NCBI GenBank assembly: GCA_002780065.1 | Contig: PEWQ01000080.1 | Span: forward strand, 7,435-57,186 | Length of the DNA: 49,752 nucleotides | Source of the DNA: Candidatus Hydrogenedentes bacterium CG07_land_8_20_14_0_80_42_17 | GTDB lineage: Bacteria; UBA8481 | Direction: 5' to 3' | Part shown: piece by piece, positions 48,204-49,752 of the stretch | Numbering within the stretch: the stretch's first letter is position 1 | How the letters are laid out: every line of letters starts with the position of its first letter | Program-made: the position numbers and the translations under genes | The notes under the pieces: model-generated | Database searches by the model: none | Told to the model about the DNA's origin: nothing | Seen by the model: the letters and a program-made list of their open reading frames with translations, nothing else

Positions 48204-49474
48204 AGAGAGCGATTGCTCATGTAGATGCAGATGCATTTTTTGCTTCGGTAGAACAGTCATTGCATCCAGAGTATCGTGGAAAGCCGTTGGTGACAGGATT
48301 AGAGAGAAACATTGTATCCGCAGCAAGTTATGAAGCAAAGGCATTAGGAATTTCACGAGGTATAGCTTTGTGGGATGTAAAGAAAATATGTCCAGAGTGC
48401 ATAATCTTACCGAGCGATTATGAAACCTATTCTTTATATTCGTTCAGACTTTTTGAGATATTGCGGCAATACTCTCCATGCGTAGAGGAATATTCAATTG
48501 ATGAAGCTTATGTTGATCTGACGGGAGTAAGCCGTTTACACAGAAAGAGTTATCGTATGATAGCAGAGGAGATTCAGAAGACTGTTAATAAAAGATTGGG
48601 GATTGGAGTTTCGGTTGGTTTATCAGTCACTAAAATTCTTGCGAAGCTTGCTTCCGGATTAGAGAAACCCAGAGGCATAACAATAATCGAAGAGACAGGG
48701 CTTATGGAATTTCTTTCAAGGATTCAAGTTGGAAAAATTTGCGGCATCGGGCCAAAAACCGTCGAGCTGTTAGAAAAGTTTGGCGTTCGGACTGCCGGTG
48801 ATTTTTCAAAGCTGAGTGAAGAAGCTGTTAAAAGGTATACGGGAAAAATCGGGTTAGAATTATGGAGAGAGATTAAGGGCGAGATGGTTTATAAGGTGGA
48901 AGATTTGCCATCGAAGAGATATTCAATAATTAAATCAAAGACATTTACTCCGCCTTCAAGCAACCGTGAATTTATTTTTGCTCAAGCGGTGAGAAACCTT
49001 GAATCTGCCTGCATAAAGGCTCAAAGACACAGATTAATCTCAAAAAGACTGATTTTATTTTTACGTCTAAATGATTTCAGTCATACATCATTTAAAATTG
49101 AGTTATTTACTCCAACAAACAGTCCAATAGAGTTCATCAAAGAATTGCGTCGGAGCTTCGAAGCAATTTTTGATTCAACAAAATTATATCGAGCAACAGG
49201 GATAGCTTTAGAAAAAATGAGAGAGATAAAAGAGAAGCAATATTCATTATTTGACAACGAAGAGCGTACAGAAGAGTTGGAATGTTTATACGAAGAAATA
49301 ACAAAGATGAGCGAGCGTTACGGAAAACACGTAGTATCTGCCGGCACTTCTCTATACTTAAAACGCAAGACAGATAGCTCACGTGCGACAAAGCCCATTA
49401 GAAAAGAAAAACTTTTGCCGGGGGAAACTTTCCGAAAGAGAATTAGAATTCCTGTTTGGGAGATTGGAGTATAA
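48200..49474 (+). CDS. Y-family DNA polymerase (UmuC/DinB family)
   Basis: HVDADAFFASVEQ, YSIDEAYVDLTG, HhH region GIGPKTVELLEKFGVRT. ATGA overlap with lexA. Confidence 0.9.
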   Translation: MKRAIAHVDADAFFASVEQSLHPEYRGKPLVTGLERNIVSAASYEAKALGISRGIALWDVKKICPECIILPSDYETYSLYSFRLFEILRQYSPCVEEYSIDEAYVDLTGVSRLHRKSYRMIAEEIQKTVNKRLGIGVSVGLSVTKILAKLASGLEKPRGITIIEETGLMEFLSRIQVGKICGIGPKTVELLEKFGVRTAGDFSKLSEEAVKRYTGKIGLELWREIKGEMVYKVEDLPSKRYSIIKSKTFTPPSSNREFIFAQAVRNLESACIKAQRHRLISKRLILFLRLNDFSHTSFKIELFTPTNSPIEFIKELRRSFEAIFDSTKLYRATGIALEKMREIKEKQYSLFDNEERTEELECLYEEITKMSERYGKHVVSAGTSLYLKRKTDSSRATKPIRKEKLLPGETFRKRIRIPVWEIGV

Positions 49475-49492
49475 AAAAAATATAAAAAATAG

Positions 49493-49520
49493 TTGACATG
49501 TAATTAAATATGAATAAAGT
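49493..49520 (+). promoter_or_regulatory. Strong sigma70-type promoter with A-tract UP element
   Basis: TTGACA-16 nt-TAAAGT preceded by AAAAAAAATATAAAAAATAG. The architecture is nearly identical to the rpmG promoter at 28054-28110. Confidence 0.55.
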
Positions 49521-49526
49521 TATTTG

Positions 49527-49677
49527 CCGTTGCCCGGAGTCGATATACTCTGAGCGCTGTGCATAAGAAACGCGATAGAAGCTTTGAATATTGAATTCAA
49601 ACTTCTTCCTCGTTGAGTTTTACTGACAGAGCTCGGGGTGTGTCGCCGAAATTTAGACGACGCAGCCCGAGTTTTGT
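49527..49677 (+). ncRNA. About 150-nt structured transcript (sRNA or riboswitch/attenuator leader), class unknown
   Basis: It lies between the promoter above and an intrinsic terminator. There is an internal hairpin at 49578-49605 and no credible ORF. The 5' end is inferred from the -10 position. Confidence 0.4.
49631..49677 (+). terminator. Rho-independent terminator
   Basis: CTCGGGGTGTGTCG-12 nt loop-CGACGCAGCCCGAG (one G.G mismatch, one G-U pair) followed by TTTTGTT. Confidence 0.75.
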
Positions 49678-49694
49678 TGCGGATAGTAACTATG

Positions 49695-49752
49695 ATTCGG
49701 ACTTAGGGATTCGGATTTAGGGATTCGGATTTAGGGATTCGGACTTAGGGAT
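49695..49752. repeat. 14-nt tandem repeat ATTCGGAYTTAGGG, 4 full copies plus 2 nt, truncated by the window end
   Basis: Direct reading. Units start at 49695, 49709, 49723 and 49737. Y alternates C,T,T,C. Confidence 0.9.

Noticed and set aside
49695-49752. TTAGGG hexamers within the terminal repeat (telomere-like)
   Set aside because: TTAGGG occurs only as part of a 14-nt unit, not as a hexamer array. The context is an ordinary bacterial chromosome, so this is a coincidence.
1-49752. Looked for CRISPR arrays, transposases/IS ends, integrases, phage genes, restriction-modification, toxin-antitoxin and known defence-system signatures
   Set aside because: None were recognised. The only repeats are the 14-nt terminal array and the 12-nt coding repeat in the micro-ORF. 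The window is mostly core genome, so no mobile element or defence island is claimed.

Overview
AT-rich bacterial chromosomal segment, most likely from an uncultured lineage; I cannot assign taxonomy from sequence alone. About 80% is densely packed core housekeeping DNA.

(i) 1-13.3 kb: uvrA (5' end cut by the window edge), Nudix hydrolase, GH3 NagZ-like, Slt-type lytic transglycosylase, a large polytopic membrane protein, lipA, cinA, a peroxiredoxin, a PorV/PorQ-like OMP, and dnaX.

(ii) 13.3-20.5 kb: an origin-proximal-type cluster. It runs SRP RNA, ybaB, rpmH, rnpA, yidD, yidC, jag, rsmG, a perfect parS, parA, parB, tmk.

(iii) 20.5-28 kb: DUF327, holB, metG, moaC, bioD, then an HDOD / GAF-PP2C / STAS signalling trio.

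(iv) 28-40.1 kb: the rif region. It runs tRNA-Thr, rpmG, tRNA-Trp, secE, nusG, rplKAJL, rpoB, rpoC. tuf is absent, and rpoC is unusually long at 1644 aa.

(v) 40.2-49.75 kb: a looser, more accessory-looking stretch.
- A CarD-RID-like mini-protein plus ssb.
- An Fmt-like formyltransferase, a GATase-like protein, YjdF, a MerR-like regulator and AMMECR1.
- DUF948 and YtxH, then a 27-aa poly-(KKAT) micro-ORF.
- A 560-aa orphan protein behind a long structured leader.
- A lexA / Y-family polymerase operon with a palindromic operator.
- An orphan promoter-RNA-terminator module, and a 14-nt tandem repeat running off the window edge.

Three genes below the ORF-track size cutoff (rpmH, rpmG, the K-rich micro-ORF), two tRNAs and the SRP RNA were found by reading the sequence.

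I see no transposase, integrase, CRISPR array, toxin-antitoxin pair or recognisable defence system. The best candidates for undescribed biology are:
- the structured leader plus 560-aa orphan gene (45.5-47.5 kb);
- the micro-ORF;
- the terminal promoter-RNA-terminator module;
- a candidate non-canonical LexA box;
- a roughly 460-aa trigger-loop insertion in rpoC;
- an A8 slippery site in dnaX.

All functional calls rest on by-eye motif recognition. No searches were run.
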